Below, piece by piece: positions 9,789-19,723 of a stretch of 64,000 nt of DNA (within the stretch, counting starts at the first letter, position 1; each line of letters begins with the position of its first letter). The notes below the pieces were generated by a model. The model searched no databases. It was not told the origin of the DNA and worked only from the letters and a program-made list of their open reading frames with translations. This stretch comes from Occultella glacieicola. Its GTDB lineage: Bacteria > Actinomycetota > Actinomycetes > Actinomycetales > Beutenbergiaceae. Location of the stretch: the NCBI RefSeq assembly GCF_004353825.1, contig NZ_SMNA01000003.1, positions 124,001 to 188,000 on the forward strand, in the 5' to 3' direction. A program made the translations under genes and the position numbers.

Positions 9789-11078
9789 TCAGTCCGTCGC
9801 GGATTGGGTGCCTCCGGGTGGTTCGATGCCGCGGACCGAGCCGAGGTAGCTCAGCAGCAGTGCGAGGGCGAGGACCCAGACCTGCCGGCCGGCCGTGAGC
9901 GCGTCCCCGGCGATCGCCAGCACCGCCGCGGCGACAACCGTCGGCACGCCCAGGAGCAGGGCATTGCGGACCCCGTGTCGGGCCCGACCGCGGGCGCCGA
10001 GGATCAGGTGCACCGCCGTGCCGACCAGGCCGTAGATCAGGAAGGCGACCAACAGGATCCAGAGGACGTCCTGCGCGAGGGTCTCCTCCGGCGCGGCGAG
10101 GACCCCACCGAGCACGGCGACCAGGGTGGCGAGCGCACCGCTGCTGACCAGGTGCAGCGGCCAGGCCACCCGCGGCGGCACGGCGCCGGTGCCCAGCAGA
10201 GCGACCCCGGCATAGCCGCCCCGGACCGCGAGCGCCCACAGGGTGACCAGCAGCACGAACGTCCCCGCGCCGGCCAGCGCCAGGTTGCCGTCCCAGGAGG
10301 CCTCTCCGGCGGCGGCGATGGACTGGATCAGCCCCTCGCCGAGCACGATGATCACGAACAGCCCGAGCCGCTCACCCAGGTGCGGCTCGTCGCTGGCGAG
10401 GGTGCTGACCGTCTCGGGCAGTTCCCGATCACCATGACGTTCCCGACCGCGGCGGCGGCCCGGTGCCGGTTCGCGGCGCCCGGGACGACCGGGACGTCCC
10501 CGGCGACCCCGGCCGGCGGTCCGGCCGCGGAGTTCGTCGAGTCGTTCCTGGGCGTTCTGTGCGAGCCTCGGCCCGGAGATCGCCAGCAGCACGATCACGT
10601 CGATCGCGAGGCCGAGCGCCCAGAGGATGTACACGACGGTGCCGTCGAACCACCAGGACACCATCCACGGCACCACGCCACCGAGCGCCTGCACCACGGG
10701 CAGGTCGAGCACCACGGTGCCGCGCTGGAACGGGCGGGACGCGAGGATCCGGCCGACCACGTACGCGATCGAGAACGCCGTCGCGTGCTCGCCGTTGATC
10801 TCCGGGACGGCCGCCATCATCACCGCGAGCGCAGCCATTCCGAGCAGCATCGGCCGGGCCCGGGTGGCCTCGCCCGTCACGTTGCCGTAGGTGGTGAAGC
10901 AGGCCCAGACCATCCAGAACGCGACGAACGCGATGGCGTACAGGGCCAGGCCCCCGGCACCGTGGTCGGCGTGGATCAGGTGGGCGAGGGTGCCGATGCC
11001 CGCGACCACGACCAGGTCGAAGAACAGTTCCAGCCAGGACGCGTGCCGCTCCGGGCCCGGGTGCTCCGTGGTGCTCAC
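9789..11078 (-). CDS. ltrA: Low temperature requirement protein A family membrane protein
   Basis: ERHASWLELFFDLVVV and HLGERLGLFVIIVLGE; multiple hydrophobic helices; GTG at 11078 preferred. Confidence 0.88.
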   Translation of the reverse strand: MSTTEHPGPERHASWLELFFDLVVVAGIGTLAHLIHADHGAGGLALYAIAFVAFWMVWACFTTYGNVTGEATRARPMLLGMAALAVMMAAVPEINGEHATAFSIAYVVGRILASRPFQRGTVVLDLPVVQALGGVVPWMVSWWFDGTVVYILWALGLAIDVIVLLAISGPRLAQNAQERLDELRGRTAGRGRRGRPGRPGRREPAPGRRRGRERHGDRELPETVSTLASDEPHLGERLGLFVIIVLGEGLIQSIAAAGEASWDGNLALAGAGTFVLLVTLWALAVRGGYAGVALLGTGAVPPRVAWPLHLVSSGALATLVAVLGGVLAAPEETLAQDVLWILLVAFLIYGLVGTAVHLILGARGRARHGVRNALLLGVPTVVAAAVLAIAGDALTAGRQVWVLALALLLSYLGSVRGIEPPGGTQSATD

Positions 11079-11170
11079 GTGCAGAGAACCTACTCCGGTG
11101 GCGCCCGACCCTTCAGTGGGGTCGGGTCCGGCGGCGCACACGGTGGGTGATCCGCGAGAGAATGGGGCGG

Positions 11171-13756
11171 ATGACACTCACCAGCGCGCTCTCGGTGCCC
11201 GCGGACCCGACCGACGACGACGCCCTCGTCGAGGCCTTCACCGACTGGGCGCTCGCGCGTGGCCTCACGTTGTACCCGCACCAGGAGGAGGCACTCCTGG
11301 AGATCGTCACCGGCGCGCACGTGATCCTGTCCACGCCGACCGGGTCCGGCAAGTCCCTGGTCGCGGTTGCGGCGCACTACGTGGCGATGTCCCGCGGGCA
11401 GCGCACCTACTACACCGCCCCGCTGAAGGCGCTGGTGAGCGAGAAGTTCTTCGACCTCGTGGACATCTTCGGCGCGGACGCGGTGGGCATGATGACCGGG
11501 GACTCGGCCATCAACACCGACGCCCCGATCATCTGCTGCACCGCCGAGGTGCTCGCGAACCAGGCCCTGCGCGACGGGCCGGACACCGACGCCGCCCAGG
11601 TCGTCATGGACGAGTTCCACTTCTACGCCGACCCGCAGCGCGGCTGGGCCTGGCAGGTCCCCCTGCTGGAACTCCCGCGCACCCAGTTCGTGCTGATGAG
11701 CGCGACGCTCGGTGACGTGTCCTTCTTCGCCGAGGACCTCACCCGGCGCACGGGCCAGCCGGTCGCCGTGATCGCGAACACCGAGCGCCCGGTGCCGCTG
11801 ACGTTCACCTACTCGGTCGAGCCGCTGCACGAGCTCGTCCTGGAACTGCTCGGCACCCACCGCGCCCCGGTGTACGTCGTCCACTTCACCCAGGCCGCCG
11901 CCGTCGAACAGGCGCAGTCGCTGACGTCCATCCAGGTGGCGAACAAGGAGCGCAAGGCGCAGATCGCGGAGGCGATCGGCGACTTCAGCTTCGCCCGGGG
12001 CTTCGGGGCCACCCTGTCCCGGCTGCTGCGGCACGGCATCGGCGTGCACCACGCCGGCATGCTGCCGCGCTACCGGCGGCTCGTGGAGCGCCTCGCCCAG
12101 GCCGGGCTGCTCGGCGTGATCTGCGGCACCGACACCCTGGGCGTCGGCATCAACGTGCCGATCCGCACCGTGGTGCTGACCGGGCTGACGAAGTACGACG
12201 GCGTCCGCTCGCGCCACCTGTCGGCTCGGGAACTGCATCAGATCGCCGGGCGGGCCGGCCGGGCCGGCTACGACACCGTGGGTGAGGTGATCGTGCAGGC
12301 GCCCGAGCACGTCATCGAGAACGCGAAGGCGCTCGCGAAGGCGGGCAACGACGAGCGCAAGCGCCGCAAGATCGTCCGCAAGAAGGCGCCCACCGGCGTG
12401 GTGAACTGGACGGACAAGACGTTCGAGCGCCTGCGCGACGCCGAGCCGGAGAAGCTCACCTCCCAGTTCCAGGTCTCGCACGCGATGGTCCTCGGGGTGC
12501 TGGGCCGCGACGACGACGCGGTCGCCACCCTGGCCCGGCTGTTCACGGACAACCACGACGAGCCCACCGACCGTAACCTGCACGTGCGCCGCGCGATCGG
12601 GATCTACCGGTCCCTGCGCGCCGCGGGTCTGGTCGAGAAGCTGCCCGAGCCGGACGCATTCGGGCGCCGGATCCGGCTGACCCGGGAGGTGCCGGCGGAC
12701 TTCGCGCTGAACGCGCCACTGTCCCCGTTCGCGCTTGCCGCCCTGGACCTGTTCGACCCGGAGGACCCGGACTACGCCGTGGACGTGGTCTCGGTGATCG
12801 AGGCGACCCTGGAGAACCCCCGCCCGCTGCTGATCGCGCAGGAGAAGGCCGCCCGCGGCGAGGCGATCGGTGCGATGAAGGCGGACGGGCTGGAGTACGA
12901 GGAGCGGATGGCGGCGCTCGAGGAGATCACCTACCCCAAGCCGCTGGCCGAACTGTTGTCGGCCGCCCTGGCCGAGTACCGGACCGCGAACCCGTGGGTC
13001 GACGACTATGAGCTCAAGCCCAAGTCGGTGGTGCGGGACATGGTGGAGAACGCGATGACGTTCTCCGAGGTCATCTCCCGGTATGGCCTGGCCCGCAGCG
13101 AGGGGGTGATCCTGCGCTATCTCACCGACGCCTACAAGGCGCTGCGCCAGATGGTCCCGGCGGCCGCCCGCACGGAGGAGGTCACCGAGATCATCGAGTG
13201 GCTCGGCGACGCCGTACGGCAGGTGGACTCCTCGCTCCTGGCCGAGTGGGAGGCCCTCCAGAACGGCCTGCAGACCGGAACCCTCGCGCCCGGCGAGCCG
13301 GCGCCGTCGGGCCTCGACGATGCACAGGAGGCCCGCTTCGGCGGCGACGACTCAGACCGGCCGGTCACCGCGAACGAGCGGTCGTTCCGGATCCTCGTGC
13401 GCAACGCCATGTTCCGCCGCGTGGAGCTGGCCGCCCGGGAGGACTACGACCGGCTCGCCCAGCTCGACGCCGCGCTGCCCGAGGACCAGCGTTGGAGCGC
13501 CGACGACTGGGCCGACGCCCTCGACGGGTACTGGGCCGAGTACGACCAGCTCGGCATCGGCGCGGCGGCCCGCTCGGCGTCGATGACCACGATCGTCGCC
13601 GGCCCCGAGCAGTGGGACGTGACCCAGGTGCTCGACGACCCGGAGGGCGACCGGGACTGGCGGCTGCGGGCGAGCGTGGACCTGGCCGCGAGCGCCGAGC
13701 AGGGCCGCGCGGTGCTGCGGATGGTCGCCGTCGGGATGGTCAGTTCTGCCCCGTGA
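11171..13756 (+). CDS. DEAD/DEAH (Ski2-like) helicase with DUF3516 C-terminal domain
   Basis: PTGSGKS, DEFH, MSAT, HHAG, QIAGRAGR; GAGAAT -10 seven nt before ATG. Confidence 0.93.
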   Translation: MTLTSALSVPADPTDDDALVEAFTDWALARGLTLYPHQEEALLEIVTGAHVILSTPTGSGKSLVAVAAHYVAMSRGQRTYYTAPLKALVSEKFFDLVDIFGADAVGMMTGDSAINTDAPIICCTAEVLANQALRDGPDTDAAQVVMDEFHFYADPQRGWAWQVPLLELPRTQFVLMSATLGDVSFFAEDLTRRTGQPVAVIANTERPVPLTFTYSVEPLHELVLELLGTHRAPVYVVHFTQAAAVEQAQSLTSIQVANKERKAQIAEAIGDFSFARGFGATLSRLLRHGIGVHHAGMLPRYRRLVERLAQAGLLGVICGTDTLGVGINVPIRTVVLTGLTKYDGVRSRHLSARELHQIAGRAGRAGYDTVGEVIVQAPEHVIENAKALAKAGNDERKRRKIVRKKAPTGVVNWTDKTFERLRDAEPEKLTSQFQVSHAMVLGVLGRDDDAVATLARLFTDNHDEPTDRNLHVRRAIGIYRSLRAAGLVEKLPEPDAFGRRIRLTREVPADFALNAPLSPFALAALDLFDPEDPDYAVDVVSVIEATLENPRPLLIAQEKAARGEAIGAMKADGLEYEERMAALEEITYPKPLAELLSAALAEYRTANPWVDDYELKPKSVVRDMVENAMTFSEVISRYGLARSEGVILRYLTDAYKALRQMVPAAARTEEVTEIIEWLGDAVRQVDSSLLAEWEALQNGLQTGTLAPGEPAPSGLDDAQEARFGGDDSDRPVTANERSFRILVRNAMFRRVELAAREDYDRLAQLDAALPEDQRWSADDWADALDGYWAEYDQLGIGAAARSASMTTIVAGPEQWDVTQVLDDPEGDRDWRLRASVDLAASAEQGRAVLRMVAVGMVSSAP

Positions 13757-13796
13757 GCCGGTCGGTGCGGCCAGGGGGCTCGCCTACCATGGCGGG

Positions 13797-14891
13797 GTGA
13801 GCGACAAGGTGGCGGGCTTCTACCCGGACCCTGACGGTGAGAACCGGCAGCGGTACTGGGACGGGGACTCCTGGACGGAGTACTACACCCCGCTCGCGCC
13901 CATGGAGCCCGAGGTGCACGGTTCCGCGACCGCCGCGGCCGACTATCCCTACCTCGCCCAGGCCAACCACCCGGACGTCATGGTCGCCCCCGGCACCGCA
14001 CCGAACACCTGGCCGACCTCCTCCTCCTGGGGCCCGGCCGCCCAGCCGCAGGGCGGCGGCGACGACACGAAGGTGTTCACCTCCGGGGTACGGGGCACGC
14101 CCGGCGGCATGGCCGCCGTGGTCGCGGTGTCCCTGCTCGTGATCATGCTCGTCGTCGGTGTCGGCTGGTGGCTCGTGAACGGGCGCACCCCCTCCGACCC
14201 GGATCCGACCGCGGGTCCCCCGCCCTCGTCGGGGCCGGGCGGCGGCCAGACGAACACCGGCAGCGTGGTCGTGGACGGGAACACCTCCGGCGAGGTCCCG
14301 GGCGGTGGGACCTGGGTCGGCACCCTGACGATCACCGAGGATGCCACCTACCTCCTGGACGCCCGCGCGAACGACGGCACGCTGGACCTCGAGCTCGACG
14401 TGCGCGACCCGGCCGGCGCCTCCCTCGGCGGCAACGACGACCGCGGCCGGGACCTGTCCGAGCTCGGCGGGGTCTCCCTCGACCCGCTCGCGTTCGTGAC
14501 CCTGACCGCCGGCGAGTACGAGGTGGTGATGAGCGAGCACAACGGCGCCGACGCCGGCTTCCAGCTCACCACCACCCCGATCACCGACGAACTCGCGCTG
14601 GGCGAGCGCGCATCGGCCGACATCCCGTCCGGAGGCGCGTACTACGCCGTGGTCGACCTGCCCGAGGCGGGCACCTACACCATCGACGTCACCGACACCG
14701 CGGGCGAGGACCCGAGCCTGTACACGTTCGACGCCGAGGGCCGGTTCCTCGTCAACGACGACCGGGACTACGACGCCGGCGACTACGATCCGCTGCTCGA
14801 GGAGTCCTTCGCCGCCGGGCCGCTCGTGGTCATCGTGACCGAGTACTTCGGCAACCCGACGTCCGTCGACATCACCGTCACCGGGCCCTGA
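13797..14891 (+). CDS. DUF2510-domain membrane protein with two repeated PPC-like extracellular domains
   Basis: AGFYPDP..RYWDG..WT N-terminus, one TM helix, two NDDR..DPL repeats. Confidence 0.75.
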   Translation: MSDKVAGFYPDPDGENRQRYWDGDSWTEYYTPLAPMEPEVHGSATAAADYPYLAQANHPDVMVAPGTAPNTWPTSSSWGPAAQPQGGGDDTKVFTSGVRGTPGGMAAVVAVSLLVIMLVVGVGWWLVNGRTPSDPDPTAGPPPSSGPGGGQTNTGSVVVDGNTSGEVPGGGTWVGTLTITEDATYLLDARANDGTLDLELDVRDPAGASLGGNDDRGRDLSELGGVSLDPLAFVTLTAGEYEVVMSEHNGADAGFQLTTTPITDELALGERASADIPSGGAYYAVVDLPEAGTYTIDVTDTAGEDPSLYTFDAEGRFLVNDDRDYDAGDYDPLLEESFAAGPLVVIVTEYFGNPTSVDITVTGP

Positions 14892-14892
14892 C

Positions 14893-15402
14893 GTGAGCCG
14901 GAAGAAGGCGGCGGCCGGTCCCGGGACGCCCGCCACCACGGCCCTCACCCACGCGGGCGTCGCGTACACGACACATCCGTACACCCACGACCCCGCGAGT
15001 GGCCTCGGCTACGGCCTGGAGGCGGCGGCGGCGCTCGGGGTGCCGCCCGAGGCCGTGTTCAAGACCCTCGTGGTGCACGTGGACGGGCTGCGCGGGTCCG
15101 GGCTCGCGGTCGGGGTGGTGCCGGTCAGTGCGTCGCTGGATCTGAAGGCGATCGCCCGAGCCCTGGGGCACAAGAAGGCGACGATGGCCGACGGCGCAGC
15201 GGCCGAGCGTAGTTCGGGGTACGTGATGGGTGGTATCTCGCCGATCGGGCAACGCACGGCGCTGCCGACGGTGGTGGACACCTCCGCGCATTCGCTGGTG
15301 ACGATGTACGTCTCCGGTGGGCGCCGCGGCTTCGACCTCGGGCTCGCTCCGGCGGACCTGGTCGCGGTCACCGGCGGTCGGTTCGCGCCGATCGCGCACT
15401 GA
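14893..15402 (+). CDS. ybaK: Cys-tRNA(Pro) deacylase
   Basis: VFKTL, LDLK, GYVMGGISPIGQ, SGGRRG. Confidence 0.92.
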   Translation: MSRKKAAAGPGTPATTALTHAGVAYTTHPYTHDPASGLGYGLEAAAALGVPPEAVFKTLVVHVDGLRGSGLAVGVVPVSASLDLKAIARALGHKKATMADGAAAERSSGYVMGGISPIGQRTALPTVVDTSAHSLVTMYVSGGRRGFDLGLAPADLVAVTGGRFAPIAH

Positions 15403-15445
15403 CGCCCGTCGCGAACGGTCGGCGGGAAGTGGTACGACTGGTGCC

Positions 15446-16654
15446 ATGAAGACACCGTTCGTCCGAGCCAGCACCGTCGCGATCACCGGAGGGTACGTCG
15501 TCCCCGTCGACGGCGACCCGATCGAGGACGGCACCGTCCTCATCGTCGACGGTGTGATCGCAGCCGTCGGTGCGGACGTCGCCATCCCCGACGCCGCCGA
15601 GATCGTCGACGCGACCGGGAGCTGGGTGCTGCCCGGGTTCGTGGAGCCGCACGCGCACCTGGGGGTCCACGAGGAGGCCGAGGGCCCGGCCGGTGACGAC
15701 ACGAACGAGATGACCGACCCCAACGGTGCGGCGCTGCGGGCGATCGATGCCATCAACATCGACGACCTCGGGTTCCGGGACGCGCTCGTGGGCGGGGTGA
15801 CGGCCGCGGTGATCAAGCCGGGCTCGGGCAACCCGATCGGTGGGCAGTCCGTGGCCATCAAGACCTGGGGCGCCCGGACCGTGGACGAGCAGGCGTTCCG
15901 CACGGCGGTGTCGGTGAAGTCCGCGCTCGGGGAGAACCCGAAGCGCGTCTACGGAGAGCGCAAGCAGACCCCCGCCACCCGGCTCGGGGTCGCCAAGGTG
16001 ATCCGCGAGGCGTTCGTGGCCGCGCAGCACTACGCCGCCGAACGCGCCCGGGCGGCCACCGACGGCAAGCCGTTCGCCCGGGACCTCGGGCTGGAGACCC
16101 TGGCCGCGGTGCTCGACGGGGACCTGGTCTGGGACCAGCACACCCACCGTCACGACGACATCGCCACCGCGATCCGGCTCGCCGAGGAGTTCGGGTACCG
16201 GCTGGTGGTCAACCACGGCACCGACGGCGTCCGGATCGCGAGCGTGCTCGCCGAGAAGGACATCCCGGTGATCTTCGGCCCGATGCTGACCTCCCGCTCG
16301 AAGGTCGAGCTACGCACCCGGGACATCGCGAACCTGGCCCGCCTCGCCGAGGCCGGGGTGCGGATCGCGATCACGACCGACCACCCGGTGGTGCCGATCA
16401 ACTTCCTGGTGCACCAGGCGTCCCTCGCGGTGAAGGAGGGCCTGGACCCCGTCCTCGCGCTGCGGGCGCTGACCGTCAACCCGGCCCAGTTCCTCGGCCT
16501 CGACGACCGGGTGGGAGCCCTCCGGGAGGGACTGGACGGGGACGTCGTGATCTGGTCCGGGGACCCGCTGGACGTCTACTCGCGCGCGCAGCGGGTGTTC
16601 ATCAACGGCCGCGAGGAGTACTCCCTCGAGCACGGGGTGCGCGAGCGGGACTGA
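15446..16654 (+). CDS. Metal-dependent amidohydrolase
   Basis: PGFVEPHAHLG (HxH), KSALGENPK, TTDHP, GLDGDVVIW. Confidence 0.9.
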   Translation: MKTPFVRASTVAITGGYVVPVDGDPIEDGTVLIVDGVIAAVGADVAIPDAAEIVDATGSWVLPGFVEPHAHLGVHEEAEGPAGDDTNEMTDPNGAALRAIDAINIDDLGFRDALVGGVTAAVIKPGSGNPIGGQSVAIKTWGARTVDEQAFRTAVSVKSALGENPKRVYGERKQTPATRLGVAKVIREAFVAAQHYAAERARAATDGKPFARDLGLETLAAVLDGDLVWDQHTHRHDDIATAIRLAEEFGYRLVVNHGTDGVRIASVLAEKDIPVIFGPMLTSRSKVELRTRDIANLARLAEAGVRIAITTDHPVVPINFLVHQASLAVKEGLDPVLALRALTVNPAQFLGLDDRVGALREGLDGDVVIWSGDPLDVYSRAQRVFINGREEYSLEHGVRERD

Positions 16655-16781
16655 TCGCTCGGCCGGACCTCGCTATGGAGAGTGTCCCAGGATGGGTTCT
16701 CCGCCTTCCCGGCAATGCTCACCATACGCGCCACGGCAACGCTGAGATGGGCTGCGTCTCGGCGCCCATGCCATGTAGCCT

Positions 16782-18086
16782 TTGTTCGTGGATCACCGAC
16801 GATCACCGAGATTGCGTATGCAGTGCCTCGCATTCGCAACAGGCCTGCTTGTCGCCGCCGCAACAGGTTCGCCGGGGATCGGCGAGCCGCACTCAAGTCC
16901 GGAGCGCCCGTACGCCATGGGCGGCTACAGCGCGCGTCCGGCCCAAGCCGAGTTCGGCCCTCGGATGCCGAGCGAAGAGGAGCCTCCGGGGCTGTCGGTC
17001 GGGGCAGATCAGGTCGCAGCGTTGATTGCTCTGGAAGAGACCAGTCTCTTGAACGGTTATACGGACGTTTACGCCGGGTCACAGTTCGACCAGACATCTC
17101 GGAGTTTGTTCATTTATTATGATGACCGATCCGCGAGCGACCGCCTTGCAGAGTTCCTTAATGCCGCCTCCATCGCGCGTGCCATGGCAACCGGGTACGA
17201 CCTTGTGCTCGAGCGGGTTCCGGCAAATCAGGACGCTCTCCATGGACTCGCCCTGGCGATCTCTACTAACGATCAGGGCTCGTGGTCCTCAACCCTCGGC
17301 GTGGGCGAGATTTCCGCCGTCCATTGCGACCCGCGAACCGGCACATTGACCGTTGATGCGGTCGTGGGGCCATCCTCGCAGACCAGCGAATTCACGATCG
17401 ACGGGATCCGGGTCGTGATCAACCCCGTCGCTGAGGAGGGACCCGCCATCGAAAATCAATCCCGAGATGACGACTCGCAACCTTGGTCTGGCGGTGCCTC
17501 TTTGCGTTGGCACTCGGGCCTATCGTCGAGCGCCTACTGCACTGCCGGTTTCGCCTGGCGCCGATGGTCCACAGGCGAGTATTATTCAAGCACCGCCGAG
17601 CACTGCTGGGGCGATGGAGAGCGCCCAAATTGGTACAACTGGGGCACTTTCCTGGGAAGCATCTACCTATACTCGAAGCAAGTCGACACCATGATGCTCC
17701 GCACCAACCCAGCGAGTCAGGTCGCTCCGAACGTGTTCGTGGGCGGCAACAACACCACAACGGTTCGGTGGGTAACCGGCGCATCTCCTGGTCCAAGCAT
17801 CTCTCAAGTGGTTGCCTTGAGTGGAGGCAATGGTGGGCTGACCGTGACCGAAGTGGTCGGCACTGGCAGTTACAGCGACGGAGTCGGTCCTATGGTCACG
17901 ACAGCGATGAGCACTTGCGTGGACGGTGACTCGGGATCGCCAATCCTGACGACATCCGGCACCAACGCGACCGCCCATGGTCAGCACAAGGGCAGGTGGA
18001 CTACAGGGTTCTTCGCCGGCCATTGCCTATTCCTTCCTGTCGTCAATATCAGCGCCGCCCTGAACGTCTCGATCCTGACCCTCTGA
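16782..18086 (+). CDS. Secreted chymotrypsin-like (S1) serine protease with pro-region; start uncertain (16782 or 16818)
   Basis: CTAGF, TAEHC (His), VDT (Asp), GDSGSP (Ser); hydrophobic N-terminus; visibly lower GC than flanks. Confidence 0.8.
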   Translation: MFVDHRRSPRLRMQCLAFATGLLVAAATGSPGIGEPHSSPERPYAMGGYSARPAQAEFGPRMPSEEEPPGLSVGADQVAALIALEETSLLNGYTDVYAGSQFDQTSRSLFIYYDDRSASDRLAEFLNAASIARAMATGYDLVLERVPANQDALHGLALAISTNDQGSWSSTLGVGEISAVHCDPRTGTLTVDAVVGPSSQTSEFTIDGIRVVINPVAEEGPAIENQSRDDDSQPWSGGASLRWHSGLSSSAYCTAGFAWRRWSTGEYYSSTAEHCWGDGERPNWYNWGTFLGSIYLYSKQVDTMMLRTNPASQVAPNVFVGGNNTTTVRWVTGASPGPSISQVVALSGGNGGLTVTEVVGTGSYSDGVGPMVTTAMSTCVDGDSGSPILTTSGTNATAHGQHKGRWTTGFFAGHCLFLPVVNISAALNVSILTL

Positions 18087-18095
18087 GGTGGAACC

Positions 18096-18620
18096 TTGAT
18101 GAGCGCCACGATTCGTTGTTGTCGGATGGCTCGGTGTCTCGCTGCTCTAGCCACCCTGATTCTCGTCGCTGCCTGTACTGACACCAGCCCTACAGAGCCT
18201 GCGACATCGGGCACGGCTGGTACGACATCCTTGAGCGCGCCGTCCTCGAACGACTCGGACTCGGACTCGGACTCGGACTCGGACTCGGACATCGTTGCCG
18301 CCATCGACCAGTCGGACGTCCTCAACCAGCCCGAGGGTGGAGGCACGTTGGCGCTGGTCGGTAACCACTGCATCGGTCTCCTCGATCCCGACGGCACCCT
18401 GCGGCTGGGACTGTTTCCGGCCGGGACCACCGTGGCCGAGGTAGGCGGAACCATCAGCGTGACACTCCCGGACGGCTCCAGTGCCGATGTCGGAGACGAC
18501 GTCGTGACGGGCGGCAGCCTCGTCGGCGAGGACAACCTCACGTCGGCCCTACCCGCAGACTTACCTTCCGATTGCCACACTGACACTGCCGTCCAGATCG
18601 GTCACATCAGGCCGGAGTGA
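18096..18620 (+). CDS. Hypothetical lipoprotein with (Asp-Ser)n tract
   Basis: LVAAC lipobox, S/T linker, two further Cys; GAGGTGG RBS after the protease stop. Confidence 0.7.
   Translation: MMSATIRCCRMARCLAALATLILVAACTDTSPTEPATSGTAGTTSLSAPSSNDSDSDSDSDSDSDIVAAIDQSDVLNQPEGGGTLALVGNHCIGLLDPDGTLRLGLFPAGTTVAEVGGTISVTLPDGSSADVGDDVVTGGSLVGEDNLTSALPADLPSDCHTDTAVQIGHIRPE
18252..18290 (+). repeat. Hexanucleotide microsatellite (GACTCG)6 GAC
   Basis: Perfect in-frame tandem repeat encoding DSDSDSDSDSDSD. Confidence 0.95.
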
Positions 18621-18626
18621 TGACGC

Positions 18627-19016
18627 TCAGGACGCGAACGGCCGGTGCGTGGTGACGATCTCGCGGCCGAGCGGGGTCATCGAGATCGGGATGAGCTTGA
18701 GGTTCGCCCAGCCCATCGGGATCCCGATGATCGAGATGAACAGCGGGATCGAGGTGATGATGTGACCGATCGCGAGCCACCACCCGGCCACGATGAACCA
18801 GATGATGTTCCCGATCCCGGAGATCACGCCCGCCGTCGGGCGCTTGACGACCTCCCGGCCGAACGGCCACAGCACGTAGTTGGCGATCCGGAAGGACGCG
18901 ATACCGAACGGGATCGTGATGATCAGGATGCAGCAGATGATGCCGGCGACGGCGTAGCCGACAGCCAGCCAGAACCCGGCGAAGACCAGCCAGATGATGT
19001 TCAGGATCGTGCGCAC
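18627..19016 (-). CDS. YccF-domain membrane protein
   Basis: LNIIWL..G.WLA..IITIPFG..LWPFG repeated twice. Confidence 0.9.
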   Translation of the reverse strand: MRTILNIIWLVFAGFWLAVGYAVAGIICCILIITIPFGIASFRIANYVLWPFGREVVKRPTAGVISGIGNIIWFIVAGWWLAIGHIITSIPLFISIIGIPMGWANLKLIPISMTPLGREIVTTHRPFAS

Positions 19017-19099
19017 CCGCCCATTGTCTCACCTGCCTGGACTCGAGGTCCGTGCCGCGTCGGTAGGCTCCGGCACGTGGATGATGCTGCGATGAGCCT

Positions 19100-19723
19100 G
19101 TGATGGACCCGGAAGATCTGAGCGGTGCGACGCTGTCCCACCTCGACCTGGACGGCGCCGTGTGGATCGGTGCCGAGATCGACGAGCTGGACCTCGACTC
19201 GGTCACACTGCGGCGGGTCCGGGCCGGCGGCGGCACGTGGGAGCGGTGCCAGTTCACCGGCGTGGACCTCGACGGTGCCGACCTCGCCGGGCTGACCACC
19301 CGCGACTGCGGGCTGGTGCGGACGTCCCTGAACGACGCCCGGCTGACCGGGTCCTCGTGGCTGCGGTCGCGCTGGCGGGAGGTCACCGCCGACGGCGTCC
19401 AGGCCGACCTGATGTCGGCCCACTCGGCCGCCTGGACGGACGTGACCCTGACCGGGGCGCGGCTGCGGCAGGTGGACTTCTCGGACGCCACGATGCTGCG
19501 GGTGCGGTTCGTCGAGTGCGACCTGACCGAGGCCCGGTTCGCCGGGCTGCGGGCGCAGCAGGTCACCTTCACCGGGTGCGACCTGGCGGGCGCCACCGGC
19601 GTGGACTCGCTGCGGGGCACCACCCTGGCCTGGTCGGACGCGACCTCGGTGCTGCCGTCGCTGGCCGAGCACCTCGGCATTCGCCTGACCGAGGACCCGG
19701 ACGGTCCGGGGGCGCGTCGATGA
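19100..19723 (+). CDS. Pentapeptide repeat protein
   Basis: Periodic xDLxG/xFxxC repeats throughout. Confidence 0.85.
   Translation: MMDPEDLSGATLSHLDLDGAVWIGAEIDELDLDSVTLRRVRAGGGTWERCQFTGVDLDGADLAGLTTRDCGLVRTSLNDARLTGSSWLRSRWREVTADGVQADLMSAHSAAWTDVTLTGARLRQVDFSDATMLRVRFVECDLTEARFAGLRAQQVTFTGCDLAGATGVDSLRGTTLAWSDATSVLPSLAEHLGIRLTEDPDGPGARR

Noticed and set aside
16675..17122. Short ORFs overlapping the protease 5' end
   Set aside because: No motifs; they overlap the better-supported protease frame
19100..19723. Qnr/MfpA-type quinolone resistance
   Set aside because: Pentapeptide repeats alone do not establish that function
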